Assembly: GCA_963764725.1 (NCBI GenBank)
Contig: CAVXTM010000005.1
Location: 32,001-96,000 of the forward strand
From: an uncultured Gammaproteobacteria bacterium
GTDB taxonomy: Bacteria > Pseudomonadota > Gammaproteobacteria > JACCXJ01
Direction of reading: 5' to 3'
DNA: 64,000 nt
Positions 1 through 10,599 of the stretch are shown in pieces. A program made the position numbers and the translations under genes. Position 1 is the first letter of the stretch, and every line of letters begins with the position of its first letter. Under the pieces are notes generated by a model, which had not been told where the DNA came from, searched no databases, and worked only from the letters and a program-made list of their open reading frames with translations.

Positions 1-1752
1 GTGATCGGCGAAAAACTCTTGCTGCCATCGGCGCTGTATTTATCGATCGAGAACGAGTTTGCGCCAGGAAGCTTGGCGCTGCCGTGGAACCCGGATGACG
101 CCCCTGTCATCGGCGCCTTTGCGCGCGAGCGCGGTGCTTTGGCCCCGGATCGCTTGGTGAGCTCGGCAAAGTCCTGGCTCTGCAATCCGCAGGTGGACCG
201 TCACGCGCCGATACTGCCGTGGAAATCGGAGATCGAGGAAGGAAAGCTGTCCCCCTTCGAAGCTTCGAGGCGCTACCTTGAGCACCTGCGCCAGGCGCTG
301 GAGCAAGCGCTAGTGGCGCGTGCTGAGACGGCATCGCTAGGCGACTGCATGATCGTACTTACCGTGCCGGCCTCCTTCGATGAAGTAGCGCGAGAGCTGA
401 CTCACCAGGCGGCCAGGGAGGCGGGCCTCGGGAACGTGACCCTGCTGGAGGAGCCCCAGGCCGCCTTCTACGCGTGGATTGCGGGGTCCGAAGCGCGGCA
501 GACGGCGGAACACTGGTCCTCGGAGGTGCGGGCAGGGGATTTGGTCTTGGTCTGCGACGTCGGCGGCGGTACGGCCGATTTTACCCTGATCGCGGTCGCC
601 GCGGCCGAGGCCGGGCTGTCGCAGGCGCTCGAGCTGCACCGAATCGCGGTCGGCGAGCACATCCTGCTCGGGGGCGATAACATGGACCTGGCGTTGGCGT
701 ATGCGCTAAAAGACCAGATCTCCGCCGAAGGTCACGAGATCGATCACTGGCAGTTCCTCGCCCTGATCCATGCCGCGCGCGCCGCCAAGGAGCGGCTCCT
801 GAGCGATGCTGCGATGGCGGAGATCCCGATCGCGGTGCCGACGCGTGGCGCGAGTCTCTTCGCCAAGACCCTCTCGACCACACTGTCGCGCGCTAAGGCG
901 ATGGCCCTAATCATCGACGGATATTTCCCGAGGACTGCGGTGACCGAGCTTCCCACGGCAAGAAAGTCCGTGGGATTGCAGGAATTCGGTTTGGATTACG
1001 CGACTGAGCCCGCCTTCAGCAAGCACCTGGCGAGGTTTCTGACACGCGCACGCGAGAACGTGCGCTCCGATCCAGCGCTATCGCAATTGCTGGGTGACTG
1101 GGCGCAAAGCGGTGATGCCCCCATCCTACGGCCGAGTGCGGTGCTTTTCAACGGCGGCGTCTTCCACGCCAAGGTCCTGCGCGAGAGGATGTTGGAGGTG
1201 CTCGGCTCGTGGCTGGAACCGGGTGCATCGCTGAAAGAGATCAAGGGGGTGGGCCGCGATACGGCGGTCGCCCTGGGCGCCGCCTACTACGGGGCCGCGC
1301 AGCTCACCGGACGGGGCATCAAGATCCGGGCCGGTACATCGTGTTCGTATTACATCGGTCTGGAGAGTCCCATGCCTGCGGTGCCCGGTTATACGCCACC
1401 CGTCAAGGCGATCTGTATTGTCCCGCAGGGGAGCGAAGAAGGTACGGAATGGGATCTTACCGGCGCCGAGTTCGGTTTGGTTACCGGGGAGCCGGTCGAA
1501 TTCCGGTTCTTCAGCTCGGCGGTGCGCGCCGGAGACCGGATCGGGACGAGGGTCGAGAATGCGGACAAGACCCTGGACGAGACCTCGAGCCTCACCGTCG
1601 CGCTACCGCCGGTCGCGGGCGCGGCGCAGCAGGTGGTGCCGGTAACGCTGAGACCGATCGTGACCGAAGTCGGGACCCTGGAGCTATGGATGTGTCACCG
1701 CCACTCCGATCGTAAGTGGAAACTGGAGTTCAATTTACGTCCGCAAAAGTAA
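1..1752 (+). CDS. Atypical Hsp70 (DnaK-like) family protein, probably 5'-truncated by window edge
   Basis: TVPASFD, LLEEPQAA, DVGGGTADF, LGGDNMD actin-like ATPase motifs; N-terminal GIDLGTT motif absent from window. Confidence 0.9.
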   Translation: MIGEKLLLPSALYLSIENEFAPGSLALPWNPDDAPVIGAFARERGALAPDRLVSSAKSWLCNPQVDRHAPILPWKSEIEEGKLSPFEASRRYLEHLRQALEQALVARAETASLGDCMIVLTVPASFDEVARELTHQAAREAGLGNVTLLEEPQAAFYAWIAGSEARQTAEHWSSEVRAGDLVLVCDVGGGTADFTLIAVAAAEAGLSQALELHRIAVGEHILLGGDNMDLALAYALKDQISAEGHEIDHWQFLALIHAARAAKERLLSDAAMAEIPIAVPTRGASLFAKTLSTTLSRAKAMALIIDGYFPRTAVTELPTARKSVGLQEFGLDYATEPAFSKHLARFLTRARENVRSDPALSQLLGDWAQSGDAPILRPSAVLFNGGVFHAKVLRERMLEVLGSWLEPGASLKEIKGVGRDTAVALGAAYYGAAQLTGRGIKIRAGTSCSYYIGLESPMPAVPGYTPPVKAICIVPQGSEEGTEWDLTGAEFGLVTGEPVEFRFFSSAVRAGDRIGTRVENADKTLDETSSLTVALPPVAGAAQQVVPVTLRPIVTEVGTLELWMCHRHSDRKWKLEFNLRPQK

Positions 1753-4538
1753 CACGCCCGCGTTTTTCCATCGGCATCGACCTTGGGACCACTAACTGTG
1801 TGCTGTCCTATGTCGATCTGAGGGTAAAAAACTCACCTCCACAGGTATTGCCGATCCCGCAACGCCAATCCTTGACTACCGTCGGGCGCGGTTTGCTGTT
1901 GCCGTCGTTCTATTACTTCGTGGCTGAGAGCGAATGCGCCGGCCTGGATGCTTCGGAGCAAGCAGGACCCGGCGCCATCGTGGGCGCCTACGCGCACGCG
2001 CAGATGAGCGCGACGCCGGGGCGAGTGATTCATTCGGCCAAATCCTGGCTCGCGCACCGTGGTATCGACCGCGAGGCTAAGATCCTGCCGTTTGGCTCCG
2101 AGGAAGTCCGGGAGCACGAAAAACTGTCACCGGTGGAAGCGAGCGCATCCTACCTCGCGTATCTGAAAATGGCGTGGAACATGGCGTTCGCCGATGGAGG
2201 CGGCGCGTTTAACAGGCAGCGGATCACCATCACGGTGCCGGCGTCTTTCGATGAAGGGGCACAGGCGTTGACGCGCCAGGCCGCAGGCCTGGCCGGGTAT
2301 CCGGAGGAAGTCAGGCTGCTCGAGGAACCGCAGGCGGCGTTTTATTCCTGGACCGAAGCGGCGGCACGCAAGCGCTCCATGACCATGGCGGCGCCTTATA
2401 TAGAGCTGCTGCCGGATCTCGCCGAGCGCGATCAGACCGTGCTCGTATGCGACATCGGGGGCGGCACCACCGACTTGAGCCTGTTTCGGCTGGCGCGCGA
2501 GCCCGCGGATTTTCTGGAGATCGAGCGGATCGCGGTGAGCGATCACCTTCTCTTGGGCGGCGACAACATCGATCTCGCCATCGCCCACGCGCTGGAGCGG
2601 CGCGTGTTAGGGGATCCTGCGGCGCGTTTGTCCCGGCGCCAGTGGCAGCATTTGGTTCCGCAAGCCGCGGCGCTCAAGGAGCGCTTGCTAGAAACCGAGG
2701 GTCCGGTGGAGGCGATCTATCATGTTTCGGTGCCGGGGGAGGGTTCGAGTTTGTTTGCGTCGGCGTTGAGCGCGACGCTCTCACGAGCGCAACTGCATGA
2801 GCTGATTCTGGAGGGGTTTTTTCCTTACACCGAGCGTGGCGATCGGCCGCGCGCGCGGCAGATCGGTCTGCGCGAAATCGGGCTGCCTTACGCGGCCGAT
2901 TCGGCGGTAAGCCGGCACCTTGCGGGCTTCCTCAACGGCGCCGAGGTCCAGGCGGTCCTATTCGCGGGCGGCACCTTGTCGCCGCGTTTTCTTCAGGAGC
3001 GCGTGCTGTCGATTATTGCCGCTTGGCAAGCGCACCGTCCCGTGGGGCTTACGCTCGCTGACATGAGCTCCGCCATCGCCCGAGGCGCCGCCTATTTCGG
3101 CGCCCTGGCGGCGCGGTCGCGGCGGCGCATCCGGGCCGGTTATGCGCGCAGCGTCTATCTGGAGCTGCAACGGGGCGAGGGGGGCGCCATCCCCGACCTA
3201 ATTTGTGTATTACCGCAAGGGTTCCAAGAAGGCGGGCGGGTCAGTCTCGCCGCGCATAGCTTCAAGGTCTTGCTAAACAAGCCGGTTCGCTTCGCCGCCT
3301 ACACCTCGACCCACCGGAGCGGCGATCGCCCCGGCGCGATTGTGCGTTTAACAGAGGGCAATTTTTCCCCGCTCCCGCCGCTCCACACCACCCTGACGCT
3401 CGCGGATCGGGACTTCGATCCGCGCACCGCCCGCGCGATTAACGTCGCTGTCACACTCGAGGTGGAGCTGAACGCATTAGGAGTCTTGCAGCTCGCACTC
3501 GTCAATCGCGACCGCTCGAAGCGTTGGCAGCTGGAGTTCAACCTGCGGTCCGCGGGCGCCGAAAGTCCGCGCGAGGCCCTCGCGGGTGATGTGGGCGCGG
3601 CGCCCGAAGCGCTTGCGCATGGAATCGATAAAATCGAGCGATTTTACGGTAAGAAGCAGGATCTTGCCGAGAAGGAGGATGTCAAGGGAGTGGTGAAGGA
3701 CCTCGAGCGAATCTTCAGCCAGGAGCGTGCGCAGTGGAATCTTTTCCTGTTACGTTCCTTGTGGCAGGCGCTCTATCCCGGGATGACCCGACGCGGCCGA
3801 TCGCTCGCACACGAGAACACCTGGCTTTACCTTGCCGGGTTTACTCTCCGCCCCGGTTTCGGGAGCGAGCTTGACGCCTGGCGCATGTCGCAAATCTGGG
3901 GCTGTTTCAATCTTGGCCTCAGCCACAAAAATGAGAAGAGCGCACAGTCCAACTGGTGGATGATGTGGCGGCGCGTGGCCGGGGGGCTTTCCGCAGAACA
4001 GCAAATGAGTCTTTACACTACGGCTCTGCCGCTGCTTAAACGCGGACCGCAGGAATTTTCCGAAGGTACGCGCTTGCTTGGCTCTCTGGAACGCCTGCCG
4101 GTCAGCGAGAAGACCGAGCTTGTCGAGTATTTATTTGATCTCCTACTCAAGGGCAAGGCTAGGAATCAACCCCATCTTTTCTGGGCGCTAGCACGGCTAC
4201 TTAGCCGTGTGCCGCTCTACACGTCGGCCGACACTGTGATCCCCGCGGCGGTGGTGGAGGAATACTTCTTAAAGCTAAGGGCGCTCGGTTGGAAGCGCCA
4301 AGGATTGCAGCCGCTCGTGGCTGTGTTCTCGAGTGCTTGCCGTGTGACTGGCGCCCGTGCATTGGACATCCACGACCGCATACGCGAGGAACTTGTTGAG
4401 AAGTTAAAGCGGGAGGGGGCGAAAGAGCTTCAGTGGCAAATCGTCCGAGAGCATCACCCAGTCTCAAGCGAGGAGCGGAATTTTCTCTTCGGAGAGGAAT
4501 TGCCCATAGGCTTGCAACTGGTTGAGGGCGACGTTTAA
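1716..4538 (+). CDS. Hsp70 family protein with long C-terminal extension (DUF3731-like)
   Basis: GIDLGTTN, TVPASFD, DIGGGTTD, LGGDNID; C-terminal W-rich region (LRPGFG..D.WR, WW.MWRRVAGGL); start codon uncertain. Confidence 0.88.
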   Translation: METGVQFTSAKVTRPRFSIGIDLGTTNCVLSYVDLRVKNSPPQVLPIPQRQSLTTVGRGLLLPSFYYFVAESECAGLDASEQAGPGAIVGAYAHAQMSATPGRVIHSAKSWLAHRGIDREAKILPFGSEEVREHEKLSPVEASASYLAYLKMAWNMAFADGGGAFNRQRITITVPASFDEGAQALTRQAAGLAGYPEEVRLLEEPQAAFYSWTEAAARKRSMTMAAPYIELLPDLAERDQTVLVCDIGGGTTDLSLFRLAREPADFLEIERIAVSDHLLLGGDNIDLAIAHALERRVLGDPAARLSRRQWQHLVPQAAALKERLLETEGPVEAIYHVSVPGEGSSLFASALSATLSRAQLHELILEGFFPYTERGDRPRARQIGLREIGLPYAADSAVSRHLAGFLNGAEVQAVLFAGGTLSPRFLQERVLSIIAAWQAHRPVGLTLADMSSAIARGAAYFGALAARSRRRIRAGYARSVYLELQRGEGGAIPDLICVLPQGFQEGGRVSLAAHSFKVLLNKPVRFAAYTSTHRSGDRPGAIVRLTEGNFSPLPPLHTTLTLADRDFDPRTARAINVAVTLEVELNALGVLQLALVNRDRSKRWQLEFNLRSAGAESPREALAGDVGAAPEALAHGIDKIERFYGKKQDLAEKEDVKGVVKDLERIFSQERAQWNLFLLRSLWQALYPGMTRRGRSLAHENTWLYLAGFTLRPGFGSELDAWRMSQIWGCFNLGLSHKNEKSAQSNWWMMWRRVAGGLSAEQQMSLYTTALPLLKRGPQEFSEGTRLLGSLERLPVSEKTELVEYLFDLLLKGKARNQPHLFWALARLLSRVPLYTSADTVIPAAVVEEYFLKLRALGWKRQGLQPLVAVFSSACRVTGARALDIHDRIREELVEKLKREGAKELQWQIVREHHPVSSEERNFLFGEELPIGLQLVEGDV

Positions 4539-4682
4539 TCGCGGATCGCTGCCCAAGTCATCCGACAATCTCCGAAGTCTGAGGCTTCGCCAGGGTAGGA
4601 CCTACGGCGGGGACTATTTCTGCCGATAGTTGCCGGGTATTACGGCGATCCGCGCCGCGATCAAAAGCCTAGGGAAACAACA

Positions 4683-7574
4683 ATGGGTAAGGATACACTC
4701 GTCTTCGACTCCGTTCTGCAGACCTTTATTCCACTAAACCGCCTGACGCCGGAGGCGCAACGTGCGCTTTTGGAGCGCACCGAGGTTATTCCCTACGAAC
4801 CGGGATGTCCTGTCTTCCGCGAGGGCGACCGGGATAGCTATGCTTATTATTTGCTTGAAGGCGACCTCGATCTTTGCTGTGACGGGCAGGTGGTAAGCCG
4901 CCTCCGCGGCGGCACTCCCGAGGCCGCGCATGCGCTCGCGCAGTTGCAACCGCGGCAGCTCACCGCGATTCCGACGACGGCTGTACGGATTCTACGCTTG
5001 GAGCGGCAGCACCTCGTGTCTGCGCTGGATCTAGATGAGGCGCGCCGGGCGGGAGATGATTCCGTGCAGGTCAACGATATAACCTGCGAAATCGCCATGG
5101 ATTGGATGACGCGAATGCTTCAATCAGGCGTATTTTCGCGCTTGCCGGTGGCGAATTTACAGCGGATTTTTGCCCTGTTCGAGTCCATCGACGTTGCCGC
5201 AGGCGACCTGGTCGTGAGCCAAGGGCAGCCTGGAGACTATTACTACGTGGTTCAGGAGGGGCGTTTTGAGGTACTTCGGCATTTATCCGGTAGCCAACAG
5301 AGCGTCAGGCTGGCAACCCTCAAACCGGGCGAACCCTTCGGCGAGGAAGCGCTGATTTCGGGAGGGCTTCGCAACGCTAGTGTCAAATCCCTTACCGACG
5401 GCAAGTTGATGCGGCTCGGCAAGTCCGATTTTATCGAACTCATTAAGAAGCCGATAGTGCCAACCATCACGCTCGATGCGGCTCGTGATTGGGTGACGGG
5501 CGGGGCCACCTGGCTGGACGCCCGTTATCCGGACGAGCATGCCGAAGGGGCCGTGCCTGGCAGCATGAATGTTCCGTTGCACGTTGTCCGTTCCTATGCG
5601 GCCTCACTCAACCGAGATAAACGTTACCTGATCTATTGCGGTACCGGTATCGAGAGTTCCATTGTCACCTTTTCGTTAGCAGAACTCGGTTTTGAGGCCG
5701 CTTATCTCGAGGGAGGACTCCAGCGGTATCCACTCGATCGGATCCGCTCCATACTTCCAAAGGATACCGGGTTGACGATTGCTGATGCGGCGGCGACCCG
5801 CGACACCGCGGCCGCAACTGGTGTGAGTGCGGGTCTCGATCTCGCCGAAGACGCGGAAGTACAAGCCTCCTTGCTACGGGCGAAGCTTTCGCAGGCCCAG
5901 CTCGAGCTGCAAGATGCCCTGCGCCTGAAGCAAGAAGCGGAGGCCTCCCGGGAGGCTGCCGAGCGGGAAACCGAAGAACGGCTGAAGGCCGAGCGAAGCT
6001 GGCACCTCTTGGGCGAAGCGGCGCGGGCCAACGCGCTCATCGCCGAAGCGCAGACGACGCGTCAAGAGATTGAAGAGGCCAAGCGCAAGGCCGAGTCCGA
6101 AGCGCAGAGCATTCGACGCGAGGCCGAGGAACATGCCCGCCGACTGAAAGCCGAAATAGAGGTGCGCGTGCGTGCCAAAAAGCGCGAGCTGAAGTCGGCG
6201 GCCGCCGCCAACAACGAGGAGTTGGCGCGCATCCAACGCCTACAGGAAGAAGCCGAGGCGCAGATTCGATCTGAGCGGCAACGTTTGGCGGCGGAAACCG
6301 CGGAGGTCGAGGCGCGTGTACAAGAAGCGCGCCGTTACAGGGAAGAGGTGGAGTCCGCCTTAAGCACTGCCGAGGAGGGCACGCAAGGCATCTTGCAAGC
6401 GGAAAGGGAACGGGTCGCCGCCGAAATGGAGCGCGCCAACACCTTACTTGCTAACGCCGAGACGATGAAACGGGAGGTCGAAGCAGCAAAGGGTGTTGCC
6501 GAGGAGGAAGCGCAGCGGGTGCGGTTGCAAGAAGAGGATCGGATCAATGCGCTCAAACGGGAGGTTGAGGAAAGGCTGCGCGATAAAGAGCAAAGGCTGG
6601 ACACGATCCATGCGGCCAAATCCGCGGAGCTCGCGCGCATCCACAAACTCAAAGAGGAAGTCGCGAGAAAGCTAAATGAGGAGAGGCAGAGGTTGGGGCG
6701 GGAAGCGATGGAGGCGAAAGAGCGGCTCGCTGAAGCCCAACGCATGGAGAAGGCGCTGGCCAAATCGCGCATGCAAGCGGCCCAGGAGATCGAGGAGAAG
6801 CATCAGCATCTTATGAACCTAGAGCAGGGTCTCCGCGAAGAGGTCAAGCAGCAGCTCAACGCGGAGCAGCAGCGCCTAGACGCCGAATTTGCTAAAGCCG
6901 CCGAGGAGTTGCGCCAAGCGCAGCAGGCGCGGGAAGCTACCGAGGAGACGCGCCGCGCGGTCGCGGAGGATGCGCAACGAAAGATTGCGGAGATCCGCGC
7001 CAACTTTGAGCGCATGCATCACGAGGAACAGGCCAGGTTACAGGTTGAACGGCAGCGCTTGGAAGCAGAAGCTCTGCGGATTCAAGGCGTTATGGAACAA
7101 GCGCGAAGCTTAAAAGCCGATGCTGATTTGGCGCGATCGGCGGCCGAACAGGAGGTCGCGCGGCTGAGAACGATGCGGAAAGACGCGTTGACGGCCGACT
7201 CGAAAGATGCGCAGCAGGTCATTGATGGTAGAATCAGAAACCTGGAGGAACGCGTTACCCAGGCCGACGCGCAGGCCAGCGCCGCCGCCAAGGCCGAGGA
7301 TATTGCTGCGACCGCTATAGAGGTGAACGCAGCGGAACTGGAACGTCAACAAGCTGCGGAACAGCGCCTCCGGGAGCAGGTCGAGTTGGAGGTCGAGGAA
7401 TGGCGACAGGACCAGGAGGCCATTGGTAATTCGCCGGAACAGCAGGCGCTGGTGGCGCTCCGCGATGCTCAGATCATGCGCGTCAACCAGCGAGCCGCGG
7501 CGGCGCTCGAACAGACCGTGGAACATGACCGGCGGCTCATCGATGAGCTACGGGGGATCGCCGTTAAACACTGA
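4683..7574 (+). CDS. Tandem cyclic-nucleotide-binding domains + rhodanese domain + long coiled coil
   Basis: VFREGD..YYLLEG and GEPFGEEALISGGLRNASV cNMP motifs; LDARYPDEHAEGAVPGS...YCGTG rhodanese; E/A/R/Q-rich tail of several hundred aa. Confidence 0.85.
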   Translation: MGKDTLVFDSVLQTFIPLNRLTPEAQRALLERTEVIPYEPGCPVFREGDRDSYAYYLLEGDLDLCCDGQVVSRLRGGTPEAAHALAQLQPRQLTAIPTTAVRILRLERQHLVSALDLDEARRAGDDSVQVNDITCEIAMDWMTRMLQSGVFSRLPVANLQRIFALFESIDVAAGDLVVSQGQPGDYYYVVQEGRFEVLRHLSGSQQSVRLATLKPGEPFGEEALISGGLRNASVKSLTDGKLMRLGKSDFIELIKKPIVPTITLDAARDWVTGGATWLDARYPDEHAEGAVPGSMNVPLHVVRSYAASLNRDKRYLIYCGTGIESSIVTFSLAELGFEAAYLEGGLQRYPLDRIRSILPKDTGLTIADAAATRDTAAATGVSAGLDLAEDAEVQASLLRAKLSQAQLELQDALRLKQEAEASREAAERETEERLKAERSWHLLGEAARANALIAEAQTTRQEIEEAKRKAESEAQSIRREAEEHARRLKAEIEVRVRAKKRELKSAAAANNEELARIQRLQEEAEAQIRSERQRLAAETAEVEARVQEARRYREEVESALSTAEEGTQGILQAERERVAAEMERANTLLANAETMKREVEAAKGVAEEEAQRVRLQEEDRINALKREVEERLRDKEQRLDTIHAAKSAELARIHKLKEEVARKLNEERQRLGREAMEAKERLAEAQRMEKALAKSRMQAAQEIEEKHQHLMNLEQGLREEVKQQLNAEQQRLDAEFAKAAEELRQAQQAREATEETRRAVAEDAQRKIAEIRANFERMHHEEQARLQVERQRLEAEALRIQGVMEQARSLKADADLARSAAEQEVARLRTMRKDALTADSKDAQQVIDGRIRNLEERVTQADAQASAAAKAEDIAATAIEVNAAELERQQAAEQRLREQVELEVEEWRQDQEAIGNSPEQQALVALRDAQIMRVNQRAAAALEQTVEHDRRLIDELRGIAVKH

Positions 7575-7639
7575 CACGCTTGCGCGGCGCTTGGTTGGAG
7601 CTGGTCGCAGAAGAACGTTGGTGAAGAAATAGCATTGCC

Positions 7640-8509
7640 ATGGGGTTGGATATCCACGCTACGCGCTTGCTCCTGTATGCGCGCGGACTGGGCGTTTCGT
7701 ATCGAGAGACGGCCATGGTCGGGCGGCAAACACTCCATTTGAGCTCGCGCGAGTTGTATAAGCTTTTTGGGCAGTTCGGTTATCCAGTCACGGTGGCCGC
7801 CGTAAACGATTTGTTTCTCCGAAATCAGGGTTTTGCGGAACCGCTTTTCGATCTCTTAGGCGCGGAGCACATCCGTTCTCTTGATGCCTCTGATTACGAA
7901 CAGGCAACGGACATCGTCGATTTAAACGCGCCGATCGACGAGTCATACAAGAACATATTTTCCGTGGTAATCGACAGCGGCTCTCTGGAACACGTGTTTA
8001 ATTTTCCCGTCGCGATCAAGAGCTGTATGCAAATGGTTGAGCCGGGCGGGCATTTTATCGGGGTCGTTCCTGGTAACAATTTTCTGGGGCATGGTTTCTA
8101 TCAGTTCAGCCCCGATCTTTTCTATCGGATTTTCACGCAAGCAAACGGATTTGCCGTCATTAAGATGTTCGTCTTCGAGGACTGGGCGGGAGCAACTTGG
8201 TTTGAGGTCGCGGACCCCGATCGCGTCAAGCGCCGGGTCGAACTTACCAACTCCCGCCCGACCTATCTTGCCGTGATCGCCAAGAAGCTTCGGGGCGCGG
8301 AGATATTCGCGACGGGCGTCTATCAAAGCGACTACGCGACGCTTTGGAAACATGACGCCAGCCCCGCAGAGGCCTACCTAAGAAAACTCGGGCGGCAGTT
8401 TATGAATCTGATTCCTACGCGACTAAGAGTGTACTACGGACGGGTGCAACGCAGGGGGCTGCTTAGCCGTCTCCATCCAAAGCTGTATACGAAGGCCGAT
8501 ATTCCCTGA
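7640..8509 (+). CDS. Class I SAM-dependent methyltransferase-like protein
   Basis: SLDASDYE, VDLN, DSGSLEHVFN, PGG motifs. Confidence 0.7.
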   Translation: MGLDIHATRLLLYARGLGVSYRETAMVGRQTLHLSSRELYKLFGQFGYPVTVAAVNDLFLRNQGFAEPLFDLLGAEHIRSLDASDYEQATDIVDLNAPIDESYKNIFSVVIDSGSLEHVFNFPVAIKSCMQMVEPGGHFIGVVPGNNFLGHGFYQFSPDLFYRIFTQANGFAVIKMFVFEDWAGATWFEVADPDRVKRRVELTNSRPTYLAVIAKKLRGAEIFATGVYQSDYATLWKHDASPAEAYLRKLGRQFMNLIPTRLRVYYGRVQRRGLLSRLHPKLYTKADIP

Positions 8510-8706
8510 TTTATTTTCGCCGCCTGGCCGCGCGTCATGACGAATAATTCTCCTTACGCCAATCCCGGATCTGTTACACGAAAAACCGGCGCAGTGCCGC
8601 GATTGTGCTTCGCGGCTAGAATACACTTGCCGCTAAATCAAACTGCCTTCTATCCTAAGAACGATGCAACTGTGGATGTTAAGCTGAACGTCTGCCGCAT
8701 GGTGGG

Positions 8707-9513
8707 GTGTCTATGAGAAGCGAATTCCTTGAAGCCGGATCAAGAAGATCTAATTTGTTGTTTGGGCTCGCCATCGTAGCCATTTCCGGTATCTGGCTTG
8801 CAGCCTCTGCGGTTTCAGGGAGGGATTACGAGCCAATGACTCGGACGCAGATCATTGAGGCCCTGGCAAACTCGCCGGCTACTCAACGTGTTGATTTGCG
8901 CGACAAGGACTTTCGTGGACTCGACCTCTCCGGGGTGAACTTCAAGGGCGCCGATCTCTTCGGTACCCACATGCAGGGAGTCAAGCTGCGTGGTGCTAAC
9001 TTTGAAGGCTGCAACTTGGACCTCACCATACTCCGTGGTGCGGACCTTGAGGCTGCGAATCTAAAAAACGCCAGTATTTTCGGTGTGGTGTTGGTTGATG
9101 CCAATCTGAAAGGAGCCGATCTGTCGAATGCACGGCTCATCGCGGATTTGCAGCGCGCGAATCTGGAAGACGCCAAGCTTGTGCATGGAAAATTCCAGGC
9201 GGACATGAAGAACCAGCCAATGGGAAAGCTGCACGTATCGATGGTCAACGCCAATCTTAAGGGAGCGGATTTGACGGGGACCGATCTATCGGGCTGCGTT
9301 TCGAGGTTCGCGAACCTCAGCGGCGCCAATCTGACCGATACGAATTTTTCTACCTGCGATCTGCGCGGCGCCGATTTCACCAACGCCGTGCTTACGCGCG
9401 CCAAATTCGACCGGACACTAATTAGCGGAGCGGTGTTTACCGGGATTACTGGGAAAGATTCGATCACCGGCCTTGAGCAAGCGCAAGGGCGTGAGGATGC
9501 GCGCTTTGATTAA
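8707..9513 (+). CDS. Exported pentapeptide-repeat protein (PedD/PA1981-like)
   Basis: Signal peptide, many A(D/N)LxG repeats, ADMKNQPMG motif. Confidence 0.85.
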   Translation: MSMRSEFLEAGSRRSNLLFGLAIVAISGIWLAASAVSGRDYEPMTRTQIIEALANSPATQRVDLRDKDFRGLDLSGVNFKGADLFGTHMQGVKLRGANFEGCNLDLTILRGADLEAANLKNASIFGVVLVDANLKGADLSNARLIADLQRANLEDAKLVHGKFQADMKNQPMGKLHVSMVNANLKGADLTGTDLSGCVSRFANLSGANLTDTNFSTCDLRGADFTNAVLTRAKFDRTLISGAVFTGITGKDSITGLEQAQGREDARFD

Positions 9514-9725
9514 GAGCGACTTGGCCGCGTTGTCGAAGAGACAACTAAGATCGATAGGCCGGGGTCCCGGCCTCAACGGGCGTAGTTCGTGGGTGGTGCT
9601 AAGAGACTTCGCCGGAGAGAAACGGTAATGGGCCCGTCAATAGGAGGAGGGACCGATACCGGCGGGCACCACCGCGAATAGCAGCGTGAGCACCACAAGT
9701 CGTCTTTCACGATGTGCGACAGCCG

Positions 9726-10481
9726 TCAACGATTTCCGCGGTGCGTACCCGTTGGCCTTCTAAGCTCTTCGATCCGTGTTTTGAGCCCGCGCACGATGCG
9801 TTTGGCGATGAAAGGGAAGATGGCTAGGAGTGTAAGCGACGCCAGCAATCCGGGTGATACAATGTCGCCCAAGGACTGGATGTTTGCGATCTGAGTGCCC
9901 GCGTTCACGCAAACGATGGCGCCGATGAGCATGCCCACCTGGCTTACCAGGATATAATTCGTGGTGGACATCGATGTCAAGCCCATGGCGAGGTTAATGA
10001 CGAGAAACGGGGAGACAGGCAACAGCCGCAGGCTGAAGAGATAAAACACACCGTCCTTGTCCATGCCCTCATTTATGAATCGTAAGCGGTCGCCGAAACG
10101 TTGTTGCACGATGTTGCGAAAAAAATAACGGGAGGCGAGAAACGCGAGGGTAGCCGCAACTGTCGAGGCGCATGAGACCAGCACTGTGCCCCACCAGAGT
10201 CCGAAGATATTTCCAGCGGCCAGCGTCAACACCAGACCGCCGGGAAGTGATAAGCCCGCAACAAAAATGTAAATGAGAATAAAGGCCGCGGCGGTGCGCC
10301 CGGGGTGGACTGCATAATAGTTATTGACGATGGATTGCTGCGCCACAAAATAGTCGATCGTAAAGTAGCGGTGAAACCCGAAAGCAAAAAACGAGGCTAC
10401 GATAACAATTAATAATGTCGCTAATAGTATCTTGACCCCTACGGCCGTTGGCGCGGGCGTAGCCATGGGTTTCGGGTCCAT
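9726..10481 (-). CDS. TVP38/TMEM64 (DedA/VTT) family membrane protein
   Basis: Hydrophobic helices; LSLPGG, LRLLPVSPFLVIN motifs. Confidence 0.9.
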   Translation of the reverse strand: MDPKPMATPAPTAVGVKILLATLLIVIVASFFAFGFHRYFTIDYFVAQQSIVNNYYAVHPGRTAAAFILIYIFVAGLSLPGGLVLTLAAGNIFGLWWGTVLVSCASTVAATLAFLASRYFFRNIVQQRFGDRLRFINEGMDKDGVFYLFSLRLLPVSPFLVINLAMGLTSMSTTNYILVSQVGMLIGAIVCVNAGTQIANIQSLGDIVSPGLLASLTLLAIFPFIAKRIVRGLKTRIEELRRPTGTHRGNR

Positions 10482-10599
10482 GTTCTAAGCGTGGACCTCA
10501 GAGTGCTAGTGCTAAATTGCACATTATTTATACTGAGCAGTCAGCGGTGGACATTTTAGTCCCTTATCCATGAAATCTTGTGCAAAAAAGCAAAGAGTG

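Noticed and set aside
5870-7570. Tandem DNA repeat or phage tape-measure gene
   Set aside because: Low-complexity coiled-coil coding only; no phage genes nearby.
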